From Hadesarchaea archaeon (GTDB lineage: Archaea; Hadarchaeota; Hadarchaeia; Hadarchaeales; WYZ-LMO6), in contig JAPDJF010000001.1 in the NCBI GenBank assembly GCA_029259185.1, positions 32,001 through 96,000 on the forward strand: DNA of 64,000 nt, read 5' to 3'. Every line of letters begins with the position of its first letter. The stretch's first letter is position 1. The position numbers and the translations under genes were made by a program. The notes beneath the pieces are model-generated. The model did not search any database and was not told the origin of the DNA. It saw only the letters and a list, made by a program, of their open reading frames with translations. Below, in pieces: positions 9,058-19,609 of this stretch.

Positions 9058-10322
9058 CCCGAGAGCCATATATGTTTCCCCTTCCAGAGTATCCAGCTGT
9101 TTTAGATCTCTTTTCCCAAGAAGCAAAGGAGATCGTCCGAACCTCTCCACCGCTCGGCTCCTTGCCCCAAGAGGTAAGCGAGAGAGCCGTGAAGAGGGTG
9201 ATGTGGAAAACGGGTGGGGAGATGATGGTGGGGTTCAAATCCTCCGAAGTCAGAATGGATGTGCTCTCTTTCTATCTGATGTGTCAAGGAGTAGCGGCAG
9301 TCTCGTATCCCTATTCTAGAGAGGTCAGGCTGGTGAGTGAAAAGACTGCGGAGACGATCCGATATAGGATGTATTATCTGTTTTCCCACGGTTATGGGGA
9401 GCAGTGCTTGGGGGTTGTTCGGAGGTACTTCAGGATTTCAAGACTTGAAAATCGCAGGGTTGCGGGTGAGGAAATCCCAAAGGAGGATCTCTTCAAACTG
9501 AGAAACGCGTGTTTGGCTCGTGCAGGTATCCAAGTTCCATCGGATCGGATCCCCCCCCAGTACGTGCCCGAGTACACCTTACCTTGGGTCGACCTCGCCC
9601 CCTTGCTGAGGCAGGGGCGGATACAGCTTACAGATCTTTATGTGGTGAGAGGGAGCGTTGTAATAACTCCCTACGAGCTTTGGGACATGTTCGCGTGGAT
9701 GATGAGTATGAAGTGCGAAGAGTACATAGCTGCTCTCTATGAACGCTTCACGGAGACGGGTCCTCCTCCCGAAGTGATCGGTAAAGTAGGTGAGCGCATA
9801 TCCTCCCTCTTCCCCCCCGAACTTGAGGTAGTGGAGAGAGGGGGCAGGTTTCCGAGGGGGAAGCTCCGTCCGGAGTTCTTCCCCCCATGTGTCAAACGTG
9901 CACTTGCTGGGGTGGGTTCTGGGGCTAGGAATTACGCGATAACGGTTCTTTTGACTTCTTTTCTTTCCTACGCCCGTATTTCTCCCTCCGGAAAAGCTGC
10001 GATGAGGATAAAGGACTTTGTGGATAACCTCTCCGTGTTACAGGAGGAGGTCATCCCTCTCATATTCGAAGCCGCTGAGCGATGCAATCCCCCCCTTTTC
10101 AGGGATCAGCCCCAAGAACGCGCCAATGTGTATTACCATCTCGGGTTTGGAATGACCACCGAACCAAGACTTGAGGATTCGGGGAGGAGTCGCTGGTATA
10201 AAACCCCCAATTGCCGGAAAATAGCTTCTTCTGCACCACTCCTCTGCACCCCTGATGAGACATGTAAGGAAGTGAAGAACCCTCTCACCTATTACTATAA
10301 GCGTTTAGCGAGAAAGAGTTGA
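9054..10322 (+). CDS. priL: DNA primase large subunit
   Basis: FPPC, RNYAI, C-terminal PNC...C...C..KNPL Fe-S cysteines; adjacent to priS. Confidence 0.9.
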   Translation: MTREPYMFPLPEYPAVLDLFSQEAKEIVRTSPPLGSLPQEVSERAVKRVMWKTGGEMMVGFKSSEVRMDVLSFYLMCQGVAAVSYPYSREVRLVSEKTAETIRYRMYYLFSHGYGEQCLGVVRRYFRISRLENRRVAGEEIPKEDLFKLRNACLARAGIQVPSDRIPPQYVPEYTLPWVDLAPLLRQGRIQLTDLYVVRGSVVITPYELWDMFAWMMSMKCEEYIAALYERFTETGPPPEVIGKVGERISSLFPPELEVVERGGRFPRGKLRPEFFPPCVKRALAGVGSGARNYAITVLLTSFLSYARISPSGKAAMRIKDFVDNLSVLQEEVIPLIFEAAERCNPPLFRDQPQERANVYYHLGFGMTTEPRLEDSGRSRWYKTPNCRKIASSAPLLCTPDETCKEVKNPLTYYYKRLARKS

Positions 10323-10329
10323 AAAATGG

Positions 10330-11274
10330 ATGTTGGAGCTACGGAAAGCAACACCGGAGGAAAGGAAAATATTCTATGCGGAGGAGTGGGACAAGCGTGA
10401 GATCCCTGATTTTATCCTTCACACCCTTTCCCTCCGGGAGTTCGGCTTCGACCCGGATGGTAGCGGGCCCAATCAGAGATACAAGCAGTTCACCACTCCC
10501 GAACAGCTCGCGGATTATCTGAGGAGGACGGCTCCCTATTCGGTCTTCTCGAGTGTTGCCCTCTACGAAGATCCCTCCCAACGGAGGGGTTGGCTGAAAG
10601 CTGAACTCGCTTTCGACATAGATGCGAAGGATCTGCCGATAAAGCCATGCTCTTGTACGGGGGGAAAGGTATGTGAACGATGTTTGGACGAGGCTAAGAG
10701 GGTGCTGATGCTCATCTCCGATGTGTTGTCTTCCAACCTGGGCTTGCGCGATCAGCATTTCTCTTACTCCGGGAGGGGATTCCACCTGCGTGTTCTCGAC
10801 GAGCCAGTCATGCGCATGGAACAAAACGAGAGAACCCAGTTGGTCGCCTATGTTACCGGGGGAGTGATACCGAGCGATATAACCCTAGCGTTGGGGTACT
10901 CGAAAGTTTTCAGGGAGTTCGCCGCGCGGACTTTTGAGCGTTTGGATAGGGAGAAACTCGGGGAGGTTCTTACCCAAAGGGCAGTGAGGAAGTTGATCGA
11001 AAAGAAGGACGAGGTCTTGGGGGCCATACGCAATGGGAGGATCGAGGAGATAAAAAACCTAGGGGGAAGGAAAAGCGTGGAGCAATTGCTTGGATTCTTA
11101 GCTAGACTCAACTCCGAGTTCGTGGACGGAAAGGTTACGGTAGACGTTAAACGAATCCTCCGTCTTCCTTCGAGTCTTCATTCGGGGGTGAGCATGAAGT
11201 GCATCTCTATCCGGAACATAGAGAAGTTTTCTCTGGATGAGGCGGTCCCCAAGTTCGTGTCCGAGAGGCGATGA
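10330..11274 (+). CDS. priS: DNA primase small subunit
   Basis: REFGFD, ELAFDID, SGRGFH and RILRLPSSLH motifs. Confidence 0.96.
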   Translation: MLELRKATPEERKIFYAEEWDKREIPDFILHTLSLREFGFDPDGSGPNQRYKQFTTPEQLADYLRRTAPYSVFSSVALYEDPSQRRGWLKAELAFDIDAKDLPIKPCSCTGGKVCERCLDEAKRVLMLISDVLSSNLGLRDQHFSYSGRGFHLRVLDEPVMRMEQNERTQLVAYVTGGVIPSDITLALGYSKVFREFAARTFERLDREKLGEVLTQRAVRKLIEKKDEVLGAIRNGRIEEIKNLGGRKSVEQLLGFLARLNSEFVDGKVTVDVKRILRLPSSLHSGVSMKCISIRNIEKFSLDEAVPKFVSERR

Positions 11275-11828
11275 GGGTGGATGACTTTTCGTTTCAGGAT
11301 CTCGAGCGGGTTTGGATATCGGAGAGGACTTCAAGCAAGCTCTCAGAGCTTCCTAAGGAGTTTTATGCACGAGTGGCCGGTTGCATCTCCCAGTTGATCA
11401 AAGAGTTGGATCTGAGCGAGGGATTGCGGAGGGAACTCCTCCAAGAAGAGCTGATTGAAATCACGAAGATGGTTAGCGAGATTTACTCAGTCCGTATGCT
11501 CAAGGCGATGGGTGAGATGTTGAGGGGAAGGGAGGTATTCTCCCTAGATGAACGTGAGCTCGCGGCTTTCAAGGAGATGAAAAAAATTCTTGAGAAGGCG
11601 CACGAGCTCATGGAGTGGCCAGGCGAGGTGGATCTCTCCCCTCCCCAGCTGGCGAACGAATTGTTGCTGTTGCGTGGGGAAGTCCCTCGTATAGTGGGCG
11701 AGGACCTGAAGTATTACGGGCCCTTCAGTCCAGGGGATATCGTTAGTCTACCGAGATCCACGGCGGAACTCCTGGTAAAACACAGACTTGCCGAGAAAAT
11801 CCGAGCCAAATGGTATTTTTTTGGGTAG
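11271..11828 (+). CDS. GINS subunit (Gins51/Gins15)
   Basis: Helical A domain plus YGPF..GD...LP B domain, in the conserved position after priS. Confidence 0.88.
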   Translation: MRVDDFSFQDLERVWISERTSSKLSELPKEFYARVAGCISQLIKELDLSEGLRRELLQEELIEITKMVSEIYSVRMLKAMGEMLRGREVFSLDERELAAFKEMKKILEKAHELMEWPGEVDLSPPQLANELLLLRGEVPRIVGEDLKYYGPFSPGDIVSLPRSTAELLVKHRLAEKIRAKWYFFG

Positions 11829-11844
11829 AATGATAAGTAGTGAG

Positions 11845-12123
11845 ATGAAAATCCCAAAAAAGATTCGAACCTATTGCCCGTCGTGCAGGAAACACACTGA
11901 GCACACAATGACCCAGCTCAAAAAGAGATCCCCGAGGTCGCTGAGCTGGGGGCAGAGACAGTTTGCTCGCGTGATGAAGGGATACGGTGGACAACCCAGA
12001 TCGGAGCAGAAGAGGTTTGCCAAGACAACAAAAAAGGTGGCCTTGGTGTTAAGGTGTAGCATATGTGGCAAGTCTCATCCGAAGGTCGGGTTCAGGGCCA
12101 AAAAAGTGGAAATGGTGGGGTGA
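11845..12123 (+). CDS. rpl44e: 50S ribosomal protein eL42 (L44e)
   Basis: MKIPKKIRTYCPSCRKHTEH...C..C. Confidence 0.96.
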   Translation: MKIPKKIRTYCPSCRKHTEHTMTQLKKRSPRSLSWGQRQFARVMKGYGGQPRSEQKRFAKTTKKVALVLRCSICGKSHPKVGFRAKKVEMVG

Positions 12124-12124
12124 C

Positions 12125-12310
12125 GTGCCCGGCAGGTTCTTGAGGATAGCTTGTGATGGATGTGGTAACGAGCAGGTGGTCTACAGCCATTCCTCCACCT
12201 CAGTTAGGTGCTCGGTGTGTGGTAGGACTCTAGTGAAACCACGGGGCGGTAAGGCGGAGATATTCGGCACCATCAAGGAGGGTGATAGAAGTGGTGAGGT
12301 ACAGGAGTGA
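12125..12310 (+). CDS. rps27e: 30S ribosomal protein eS27
   Basis: FL.I.C..C.NEQVV...C..CG..L..P.GGKA; GTG start at 12125. Confidence 0.95.
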   Translation: MPGRFLRIACDGCGNEQVVYSHSSTSVRCSVCGRTLVKPRGGKAEIFGTIKEGDRSGEVQE

Positions 12311-13097
12311 ATTCCCTTCTCCAGATGAGCTCGTGGTCTGTACGGTCTCAAAGGTTTTCTCTCAGGGTGCTTTCGTCAAGCTGGATGAATACGGTGGGAA
12401 AGAAGGGTTAATTCACATTTCTGAGGTGGCCTCTGGCTGGATAAAGAATATCCGGGAACACATAAGGGAAGGTCAAAAGGTTGTGTGCAAAGTTTTGGCC
12501 GTGGATGAACAGAAAGGTCATGTCGATTTGTCCCTCCGGAGGGTCAAAGAGAACGAGAAGCGTTGGAAAAGGGAGCAGTGGAGGAGGGAGCAAAGAGCGG
12601 AAAAACTACTTGAGCTAGCCGCTCGGAAGCTCAAGAAAACGTTGGACGAAGCATACGAGGAGGTGGGGTTCGCGATCCAAGATAAATTCGGGGATTTGTA
12701 TTCGGGGTTGGAAGCACTCGCGAGGGAGGGGAAGAAAGTGTTCGATGGGTTGAATGTATCCAAACGTTGGGTTAACGCGCTAGCCCACGTTTCTTCTTCG
12801 TTGGCCGAGTTGCCGACTTTCAAAATATACGGATATTTGGAGCTTTACTCTCCAGCTCCGGACGGGGTGGAGAAGTTGAGATCCGCGATGATGAGGGCAC
12901 GCGACTCAGTCTCGGATGGAGACGTAAAAGTCGAGATCTCCTATATGGGTTCCCCCAGGTATAGGGTGGAGGTGGCTGCTCCTTCCTACAAGGAGGCTGA
13001 GGCCGCAATGCAAAAGGTAGCGGAGTTGGTTATAAATTCATTGGAAGCTGATGGGGGAAGAGGGGAATTTCACGCTGAGAGGAAGGCGGGGAAGTGA
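12282..13097 (+). CDS. eif2a: Translation initiation factor 2 alpha
   Basis: S1 domain with IHISEV and DLSLRRV; G.PRYR C-terminal domain. Confidence 0.96.
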   Translation: MIEVVRYRSEFPSPDELVVCTVSKVFSQGAFVKLDEYGGKEGLIHISEVASGWIKNIREHIREGQKVVCKVLAVDEQKGHVDLSLRRVKENEKRWKREQWRREQRAEKLLELAARKLKKTLDEAYEEVGFAIQDKFGDLYSGLEALAREGKKVFDGLNVSKRWVNALAHVSSSLAELPTFKIYGYLELYSPAPDGVEKLRSAMMRARDSVSDGDVKVEISYMGSPRYRVEVAAPSYKEAEAAMQKVAELVINSLEADGGRGEFHAERKAGK

Positions 13098-13255
13098 AGC
13101 TCAGAAGATGCAAGCGTTGCGGAAGCTACACGCTGAAAGAGGCGTGTCCAAAATGCGGAGGGTCCACGACCTCACCCCACCCCCCAAGGTTCTCTCCTCT
13201 CGACCCATACGGAAGGTACAGAAGGAGATTGAAGAAGGAGGTGGAAGGAAAGTGA
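13094..13255 (+). CDS. nop10: H/ACA RNP protein Nop10 (53 aa, absent from the ORF track)
   Basis: Manual translation: MKLRRCKRCGSYTLKEACPKCGGSTTSPHPPRFSPLDPYGRYRRRLKKEVEGK. Confidence 0.95.
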   Translation: MKLRRCKRCGSYTLKEACPKCGGSTTSPHPPRFSPLDPYGRYRRRLKKEVEGK

Positions 13256-14013
13256 AGACGGAGATAAGATTTACTTCCGTTCCCAAGGTGAGGGGGCCTA
13301 TAATGATCGAGGGATTGCCTGGAGTGGGCCACGTGGGAAAACTGGCAACCGAACATCTAATCGAGGAGTTCGGTGCTCAGAAGTTCGCAGATCTCTACTC
13401 CCCCCACTTTCCCCATCACGTTATTGTGGAAAAAGACGGATCGGTAAGGTTGCCGCGGAACTCGTTTTATCTAGCCAAGGTTGGCGGAAAGGATCTCATC
13501 ATAGTGGCGGGGGATGCGCAAGCGGTTTCATCTGAGGGGTATTATGAAATAGCGAATAAGATCCTTGACTTGGCAGAGAGGTTTGGCGTGAAAAGACTTT
13601 TCGCTCTTGGGGGTTACGCTACCGGAAGGTACACGAGTGGGAAACCTAGAGTGGTGGTTTCAGCCACAGACCCTTCGCTGTTGAAAGAATGTGGGGATTT
13701 GGGAATAACCGGTGGGGAGGAGACAGGATCGATTGTGGGTACCACAGGACTTCTTCTCGGTTTAGGAAAAGTGCGGGGGATAGAGGGGATATGTCTGCTT
13801 GGTGAGACCCACGGGGCCCTTATAGATCACCGCTCTACTCAGTCGGTGCTGGAGGTGCTAGGCACTATCTTAGGTATAAAAATTAACACCGTCGTGCTCG
13901 AGGAGAGGGCGAGGGAGGTGGAGCGAATGCTTGCCAAGTTCAAAAGGGAGTTTGAGCGTAGAGAAGCGATAGAAAGACAGAAGGCGAAGGAGGAGCTCTG
14001 GTACATAGGGTGA
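13252..14013 (+). CDS. PAC2-family proteasome assembly chaperone
   Basis: EGLPGVGHVGKL and CLLGET motifs, YIG C-terminus; GTG start overlaps the nop10 stop. Confidence 0.92.
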   Translation: MKTEIRFTSVPKVRGPIMIEGLPGVGHVGKLATEHLIEEFGAQKFADLYSPHFPHHVIVEKDGSVRLPRNSFYLAKVGGKDLIIVAGDAQAVSSEGYYEIANKILDLAERFGVKRLFALGGYATGRYTSGKPRVVVSATDPSLLKECGDLGITGGEETGSIVGTTGLLLGLGKVRGIEGICLLGETHGALIDHRSTQSVLEVLGTILGIKINTVVLEERAREVERMLAKFKREFERREAIERQKAKEELWYIG

Positions 14014-14017
14014 TGGA

Positions 14018-14551
14018 ATGCCGGCACTCACCCGGCTGACCATAGCTTTAGATAAAGAGACAGAGGAGATCTTGAGGAAGCTCACCAACGAGAGTGGAAT
14101 GTCCTATAGTGCATTGATCAGGACCACCCTGAAATTCTTCTCTCAGTATGGGGATCTGATGAAAGATCCGGAAAAAGTCAGGCTTTGGTTGAACCTCCTT
14201 ACGAGCGGAGAACACCTGATACTTGACATAGACCACTGGGCACTATTTCTGAAATACATAGAGGAGTGTGGTAAAAAAGAAGAGTTCTATGAGGAATGCA
14301 AGAATGTAGCGAAATCTCATGCGGAGCAGCTCTTGAGGGTTACATCCACTCCAGCGGATTACCTCAAGAGGATTGAGGCTTGTAATTTTTATAGGCTTAG
14401 CAAGGAATCGGATAGCGAGTTCACTTTGGTTCTTAACTCGGAGGCTAGCAAGAGATTCATTAGAGAACTTCTATCAGAGACGATGGAGGGAATGGGATAC
14501 AAAATTGAGATCAAAGAAGACCTGATGAAGCTGAGGGTCAAGATTCTTTGA
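14018..14551 (+). CDS. CopG/RHH-family transcriptional regulator
   Basis: N-terminal RLTIALD...S.LIR ribbon-helix-helix and a C-terminal ligand-binding-like domain. Confidence 0.8.
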   Translation: MPALTRLTIALDKETEEILRKLTNESGMSYSALIRTTLKFFSQYGDLMKDPEKVRLWLNLLTSGEHLILDIDHWALFLKYIEECGKKEEFYEECKNVAKSHAEQLLRVTSTPADYLKRIEACNFYRLSKESDSEFTLVLNSEASKRFIRELLSETMEGMGYKIEIKEDLMKLRVKIL

Positions 14552-14678
14552 AGTGTCTAGAATCCTATTCGGTGGATGCGGGCATAGCCGGATGCGAGCA
14601 TCACCAACTCCATGGGGACGAGTTCCGAAAACAACACCTTTTGCAAGGCACCGATCCCCACTGGTGATGGGGTAGTGA

Positions 14679-15563
14679 TTAGCCTGGGTCTTGGCTGTAC
14701 ACCCTCAGGGAAGTGTGAGTTTCGTCCCACACGGTGATCTCCTTAAATTCGTCTCCCTCAACAGGTTTTTTTCTGTAGAGCGAGGGGTCTGGGATATCCG
14801 CACTTTTAAACGCTAGGTACCGCCTCCTGCAGTTACTGCAGATCCCACAGTGGACTGGGAGTTTTTCCTCCCCGTGGATTACCCAGATATCGCCCGAGTA
14901 ACAGCTGTAAGTGTATCTCCAATCAACACCCAAGATCTTGCCGATCTTTATACATGAGTCTTTATCCAAGTTGATGAAAGGTGCGTACACACGATATCCA
15001 CCGAAGTGGGTGGAAACTTCGGCGACCCGATTCATTTCCTCGATGAACTCGGGAGTGTTGTCCTTCATCGCTACCGGGGTTTCCCTCCTTATCCCGATGT
15101 AGATATCCCATATTTCCCTGGTGCCTTTGGTGATGTAGCTTTTGAGATCGAAAGACTCGGCGTGTGCCAATCCTATCGTGATCAACTGTAGGTTCCGAAC
15201 GACATCCCACCATCTGAGGATCCTATCGCTGGCCTTTTGGGGATCCCACAGGGCGTCCACAGGTGTCTCGGGTATTGGCTCATCACTAACGAGTTTACTC
15301 GTTGATAGTTCTCCAAGCCATCTCACGTCAATCTCTTTGAATGGAACCTTAAGAACCTCAGCGGTTTTTGCTGCACACCATCTTTCGTATTGGACCATTC
15401 TCTGTCCGTAGTTAGCGTGGATTATCAGCATCTTTGGAGGATTAACCACCTTTTTCACATAGTAGGTCATTGGAACACTGTCGGCACCCCCACTAACGAG
15501 GCAAACGGCATTTCGCTTTCCGATAACTTCCACCTCCGCGCTTTTCCCAAGTATCATTTTCAC
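14679..15563 (-). CDS. queC: 7-cyano-7-deazaguanine synthase QueC-like
   Basis: SGGADS PP-loop, YGQR, TYSCY and HCGICSNC motifs. Confidence 0.88.
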   Translation of the reverse strand: MKMILGKSAEVEVIGKRNAVCLVSGGADSVPMTYYVKKVVNPPKMLIIHANYGQRMVQYERWCAAKTAEVLKVPFKEIDVRWLGELSTSKLVSDEPIPETPVDALWDPQKASDRILRWWDVVRNLQLITIGLAHAESFDLKSYITKGTREIWDIYIGIRRETPVAMKDNTPEFIEEMNRVAEVSTHFGGYRVYAPFINLDKDSCIKIGKILGVDWRYTYSCYSGDIWVIHGEEKLPVHCGICSNCRRRYLAFKSADIPDPSLYRKKPVEGDEFKEITVWDETHTSLRVYSQDPG

Positions 15564-15610
15564 CCATCAAATAATAGAGCACGCTTTATTAACTTCGACT
15601 TCGGGAGTGA

Positions 15611-17338
15611 TTAGAAGCTCCTGTATCGATTGGTGATGGGCATCTTACGATCTTTCCCCAGTGCCCGAGGAGTGATCTTTACGCCTGGGGGCGCTTGCCT
15701 GCGCTTGTATTCGTTCCTGTCGACCATGGTTACAACTTTTCTCACGGTTTTTTCATCGAACCCAAGATTCAAGATTCCCTCGTATGGGACATCATCTTCC
15801 ACGTAAGATTTCAGGATAGGATCGAGAACCTCATACGGGGGAAGGGTGTCTTGATCTTTCTGGTTCGGTCTCAGTTCGGCACTCGGAGGTTTTTCTAACA
15901 CCCTTTGCGGTATAACAGGGGATAAGGAATTTCTGTACAGTGCTAGTCTGTAAACCCTCGTCTTGAACACATCCTTTAGAACTGCGAAGCCACCCGCCAT
16001 GTCTCCGTAGAGGGTGGCATAACCCACACTCATCTCACTTTTGTTTCCAGTAGTCAAGACGAGGGAGCCGAACTTATTCGAAAGCGCCATGAGTATGTTG
16101 CCCCTTATCCTCGCTTGGATGTTCTCCTCCGTTACATCCGGTTTTTCCTGTTTGAAAACCTCTGAGAGACTCCGGAGGTATGCATCAAAAATGCCCTCTA
16201 TAGAAATTGTGATAGTCTTTATCCCTAGATTCTCTGAAAGTTCCAGCGCATCTTCCACGGACTCCCTCGAGGTGTAGCGGGAGGGCATGAGAACACCTGT
16301 GACGTTTTCTCTTCCAAGAGCATCCACAGCGATGGCGGCAGTTAGAGATGAGTCAATACCTCCGCTCAATCCGATGAGCACCCCTTTGAAGCCATTTTTT
16401 CTCACATAGTCTCTCGTCCCAACAACGAGTGCTTTGTATACCTCTTCGTCCTCCTGGAGCGGGCTCGTGAGGCTCGTTTTTATCCGAGGCTTGCTCCTTC
16501 GTGCAACTTTCTTTAGCTTTATGGTAACGACCTCTTGATCCCCCTTAAATTTCAGGATTTCTTTCCGCCTCCGAGGGTCGTGAAGCCTCGTCCTGAACAC
16601 GGACTCGGGATTAACGTCGACCACGAGGAGCTCTTCTTCGAAAGCCTTCGCCCTAGCAGTGATTTCACCGCATTCGTTCACCACGAAGCTCTGACCATCG
16701 AAAACGAGCTCATCTTGTCCCCCCACCATGTTCACATAAGCTATGATGAGTTCGTTGTCGAACGCCCTTGTGGAGATCATCTTCTCCTTCAGGTTCCTCT
16801 TTCCTGCGTGGTAAGGGGATGCATTGAGGTTGATGGCTATCTGTGCCCCGGCCAGGGACTGAACGTGCACCGGTCCTTTCGGGTACCAAATATCTTCGCA
16901 TATGCTTACTCCTATCCTCACCCCGTCCAGTTCAAAAATAACATTCTTGTCTCCAGCTTGGAAGTAACGATCCTCGTCAAATACACCATAGTTGGGGAGG
17001 AACATCTTGTGGTATATCCCAGCGAGTTCACCATCATGGATTAGAGCGGCAGCGTTATAGATGTCATCACTTTTGTCCACGAAACCGACGAGTGCGGTTA
17101 TCCCGACGCACTTTTCCTCGATCTTTTCCAGAGTTTTGATGTTATCCTTTATGAACTGAGGCTTGAGCAGTAGGTCCTCGGGAGGATATCCGGTCAAACA
17201 CAGCTCCGGGAATGCTATCAGGTCAACTCCGAGCCTCTTGCCTTCTTCTACTCGCTTTAAGATTTTTTTTCTGTTTCCTTCTAGATCCCCAACCACTGGG
17301 TTTATCTGAGCCAGTCCGATCCTCATTTTATCGACCAC
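15611..17338 (-). CDS. nadE: Glutamine-dependent NAD+ synthetase
   Basis: Nitrilase domain (FPEL, K..LPNY, ICEDIW) fused to the synthetase domain (SGGIDS, NKSE, PSAEL). Confidence 0.97.
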   Translation of the reverse strand: MVDKMRIGLAQINPVVGDLEGNRKKILKRVEEGKRLGVDLIAFPELCLTGYPPEDLLLKPQFIKDNIKTLEKIEEKCVGITALVGFVDKSDDIYNAAALIHDGELAGIYHKMFLPNYGVFDEDRYFQAGDKNVIFELDGVRIGVSICEDIWYPKGPVHVQSLAGAQIAINLNASPYHAGKRNLKEKMISTRAFDNELIIAYVNMVGGQDELVFDGQSFVVNECGEITARAKAFEEELLVVDVNPESVFRTRLHDPRRRKEILKFKGDQEVVTIKLKKVARRSKPRIKTSLTSPLQEDEEVYKALVVGTRDYVRKNGFKGVLIGLSGGIDSSLTAAIAVDALGRENVTGVLMPSRYTSRESVEDALELSENLGIKTITISIEGIFDAYLRSLSEVFKQEKPDVTEENIQARIRGNILMALSNKFGSLVLTTGNKSEMSVGYATLYGDMAGGFAVLKDVFKTRVYRLALYRNSLSPVIPQRVLEKPPSAELRPNQKDQDTLPPYEVLDPILKSYVEDDVPYEGILNLGFDEKTVRKVVTMVDRNEYKRRQAPPGVKITPRALGKDRKMPITNRYRSF

Positions 17339-17388
17339 AGCTTCACATAGTCTTCCACTCGTTCAAAATAAGTCTTTCAGAGACCTCT

Positions 17389-17975
17389 GCTTTGCACAAA
17401 AATACCGGAAAACTTAAAATGGTTCCGACAGACCACGTTCGATGTTGGCCTCCAAGACGATAAGAGCTGAACTCTACGGCCTCACCCGGTTCAAGCGCAA
17501 GCTTCTGGAGGACCTCCAAGCCGAGTGGGATCGCGCCCAAGCCCCTTGAGAGGCCGGACTCTGAGAGAGCAAACGAGGCTGCCCTCCTACTACTGCCGTG
17601 CTTTAGCCTGGAAGGCTGGCGATGGGCGGAAGGCTCCCATCCTCATCGATAAGGACTCATTCAAGCTCACCGACACCGGAAACAGTTCGCCAGGTTTTTC
17701 GTATCCGTTTCAACCCCCGGCGGGTGTACGCCGGCGAGGCATACACCAGCAAATGTGCCACTGGAAACGAAGGACGAAGGGTCTCTCAAGGCTTCTTCAA
17801 ATGCTCGTCGTGTGGGCTGGAGTACAACGCCGACCTCAACGGAGCCATAAATATTGGAGAGGGGTTCCTGGGCCACTGGCTCAGGGACGAAGGCGTGGGG
17901 CTTTCGGCCCTTAGGGGATCCCGAGCCCCCAAGCACGGAAATTGGCCTCAGGGGCTAATTTTTTTTGTGCAGAGC
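17389..17975 (+). mobile_element. Internally deleted copy of the TIR-TnpB element (587 bp)
   Basis: Ends GCTTTGCACAAAAA and TTTTTGTGCAGAGC; perfect 11-bp TSD CAGAGACCTCT (17378-17388, 17976-17986); near-identical to both ends of 6408-7560. Confidence 0.93.
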
Positions 17976-17990
17976 CAGAGACCTCTCAGG

Positions 17991-19538
17991 TCACTCCCAC
18001 TCTATGGTAGCTGGAGGCTTGTGGGTGATGTCGTATACCACCCGGCTTACTTGGGGGATCTCGTTAGTGATTCTCGTGGAGATCCTCTCCATAAGGTCAT
18101 GGGGTAATTTTGCATAGCTCGCCGTCATTCCATCCACACTCTCAACCGCTCTTATGGCTACTGTGTATCCGTACGCTCTCGCATCCCCTTTCACACCCGT
18201 GGATTTCGTGTCCAAGAGAACCGCGAAATATTGCCAGAGGGATCCCTTAACTTCATGCTTTTCGATTTCCTCCCTCACTATTGCATCCACCCTCTTGAGT
18301 ATCTCGATCTTCTCCTTAGTCACCTCACCGATTATCCTTATGGCCAATCCAGGGCCGGGAAAAGGCTGTCTGTTCACTATACTTTCGGGTATTCCAAGGG
18401 ATCGGGCTATTTTCCTGACCTCGTCCTTGTATAACTCTCTCAAGGGTTCCACCACCCCCTTGAACTTGATTTCGGTCGGGAGACCACCCACGTTGTGATG
18501 GGTTTTTATCTTCTCGGAGTGTTTCGAAGCCCCTGACTCTATCCTGTCCGGATAGATCGTTCCTTGGATGAGGTATTCCGCCTCGCTCTCTTCTGCTACT
18601 TTCTCGAACACATGGATGAATTCTTCCCCGATGATCTTCCTCTTAAGCTCGGGATCGCTTACCCCCCTGAGCTTTTCCATAAACCGTTTTCGTTCGTCTA
18701 AGACGAGGAGATTCATCCCAAGCTCGGTAAAAGTCTTCTTTATACTCTCTGGTTCCCCCTCCCTCATGAATCCGTGGTCAACGAAGACGGCTGTCAAATT
18801 TCTCCCCACGGCCTTAGCGGCTAGCACAGCAGCTGTGCTTGAGTCTATTCCACCACTCAGGGCGATGATACATTTCGAGTTTCCAACCTTTTCCCTGATC
18901 TCCTCAACGCACTTTTTCACGAAGTTTTCGGGTGTCCAGTTCGGAACACATCCACATATCTCGAAAAGGAAGTTCCTCAGCAACATCTTTCCTCTGGGTG
19001 TGTGGACGACCTCGGGGTGCCACTGGACTCCATAGAGGGGTTTGTGTCTGTGGCGGAACGCAGCTACTGGGCAATTTTCGGTGTGTGCGAGTATCTCAAA
19101 CTCTTCGGGCATTTCGTACACGGTGTCTCCATGGCTTGTCCAAACTCTCTCGACCTTTTGGTGTCCTTTCAGCAAGGTGTCGGTTACATCCACATAGACT
19201 TCGGTGATACCGTATTCCATTTTGTCTCCCTTCCTCACATCACCCCCCATGTAATGGGCTACCAGCTGGTGACCATAGCATATCCCCAAGATGGGCAACC
19301 CCATCTCGAGTATTTCCTTCCGGCATCGGGGAGCCCCTTTCTCATAGATGCTGGAGGGCCCTCCCGAGAGGATGATCCCTTTCACCGAGTATTCATCATC
19401 AAAAGATCGAATCTCCTCGGGCGTGATATCCGGAGGGACGATCTCGGCATACACCTCCTCTTCCCTGATTCTCCGTTTGATCAAGTGGCAGTACTGCCCG
19501 CCGAAGTTCAAGACAAGCACGACATCAGTTTTCATCAA
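17991..19538 (-). CDS. guaA: GMP synthase, fused GATase + ATPPase
   Basis: GICYG, HPE, SGGIDS and KPPATIEWE motifs. Confidence 0.97.
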   Translation of the reverse strand: MMKTDVVLVLNFGGQYCHLIKRRIREEEVYAEIVPPDITPEEIRSFDDEYSVKGIILSGGPSSIYEKGAPRCRKEILEMGLPILGICYGHQLVAHYMGGDVRKGDKMEYGITEVYVDVTDTLLKGHQKVERVWTSHGDTVYEMPEEFEILAHTENCPVAAFRHRHKPLYGVQWHPEVVHTPRGKMLLRNFLFEICGCVPNWTPENFVKKCVEEIREKVGNSKCIIALSGGIDSSTAAVLAAKAVGRNLTAVFVDHGFMREGEPESIKKTFTELGMNLLVLDERKRFMEKLRGVSDPELKRKIIGEEFIHVFEKVAEESEAEYLIQGTIYPDRIESGASKHSEKIKTHHNVGGLPTEIKFKGVVEPLRELYKDEVRKIARSLGIPESIVNRQPFPGPGLAIRIIGEVTKEKIEILKRVDAIVREEIEKHEVKGSLWQYFAVLLDTKSTGVKGDARAYGYTVAIRAVESVDGMTASYAKLPHDLMERISTRITNEIPQVSRVVYDITHKPPATIEWE

Positions 19539-19609
19539 TTTCGATTATCGTCTGGGCTTAAAACTTCCCTCGCAAGGTTTTTGGTCCTCGGGTTGAAGTT
19601 TTAGGAACT

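Noticed and set aside
13051-13251. N-terminal extension of the PAC2 ORF
   Set aside because: The region encodes nop10 in another frame.
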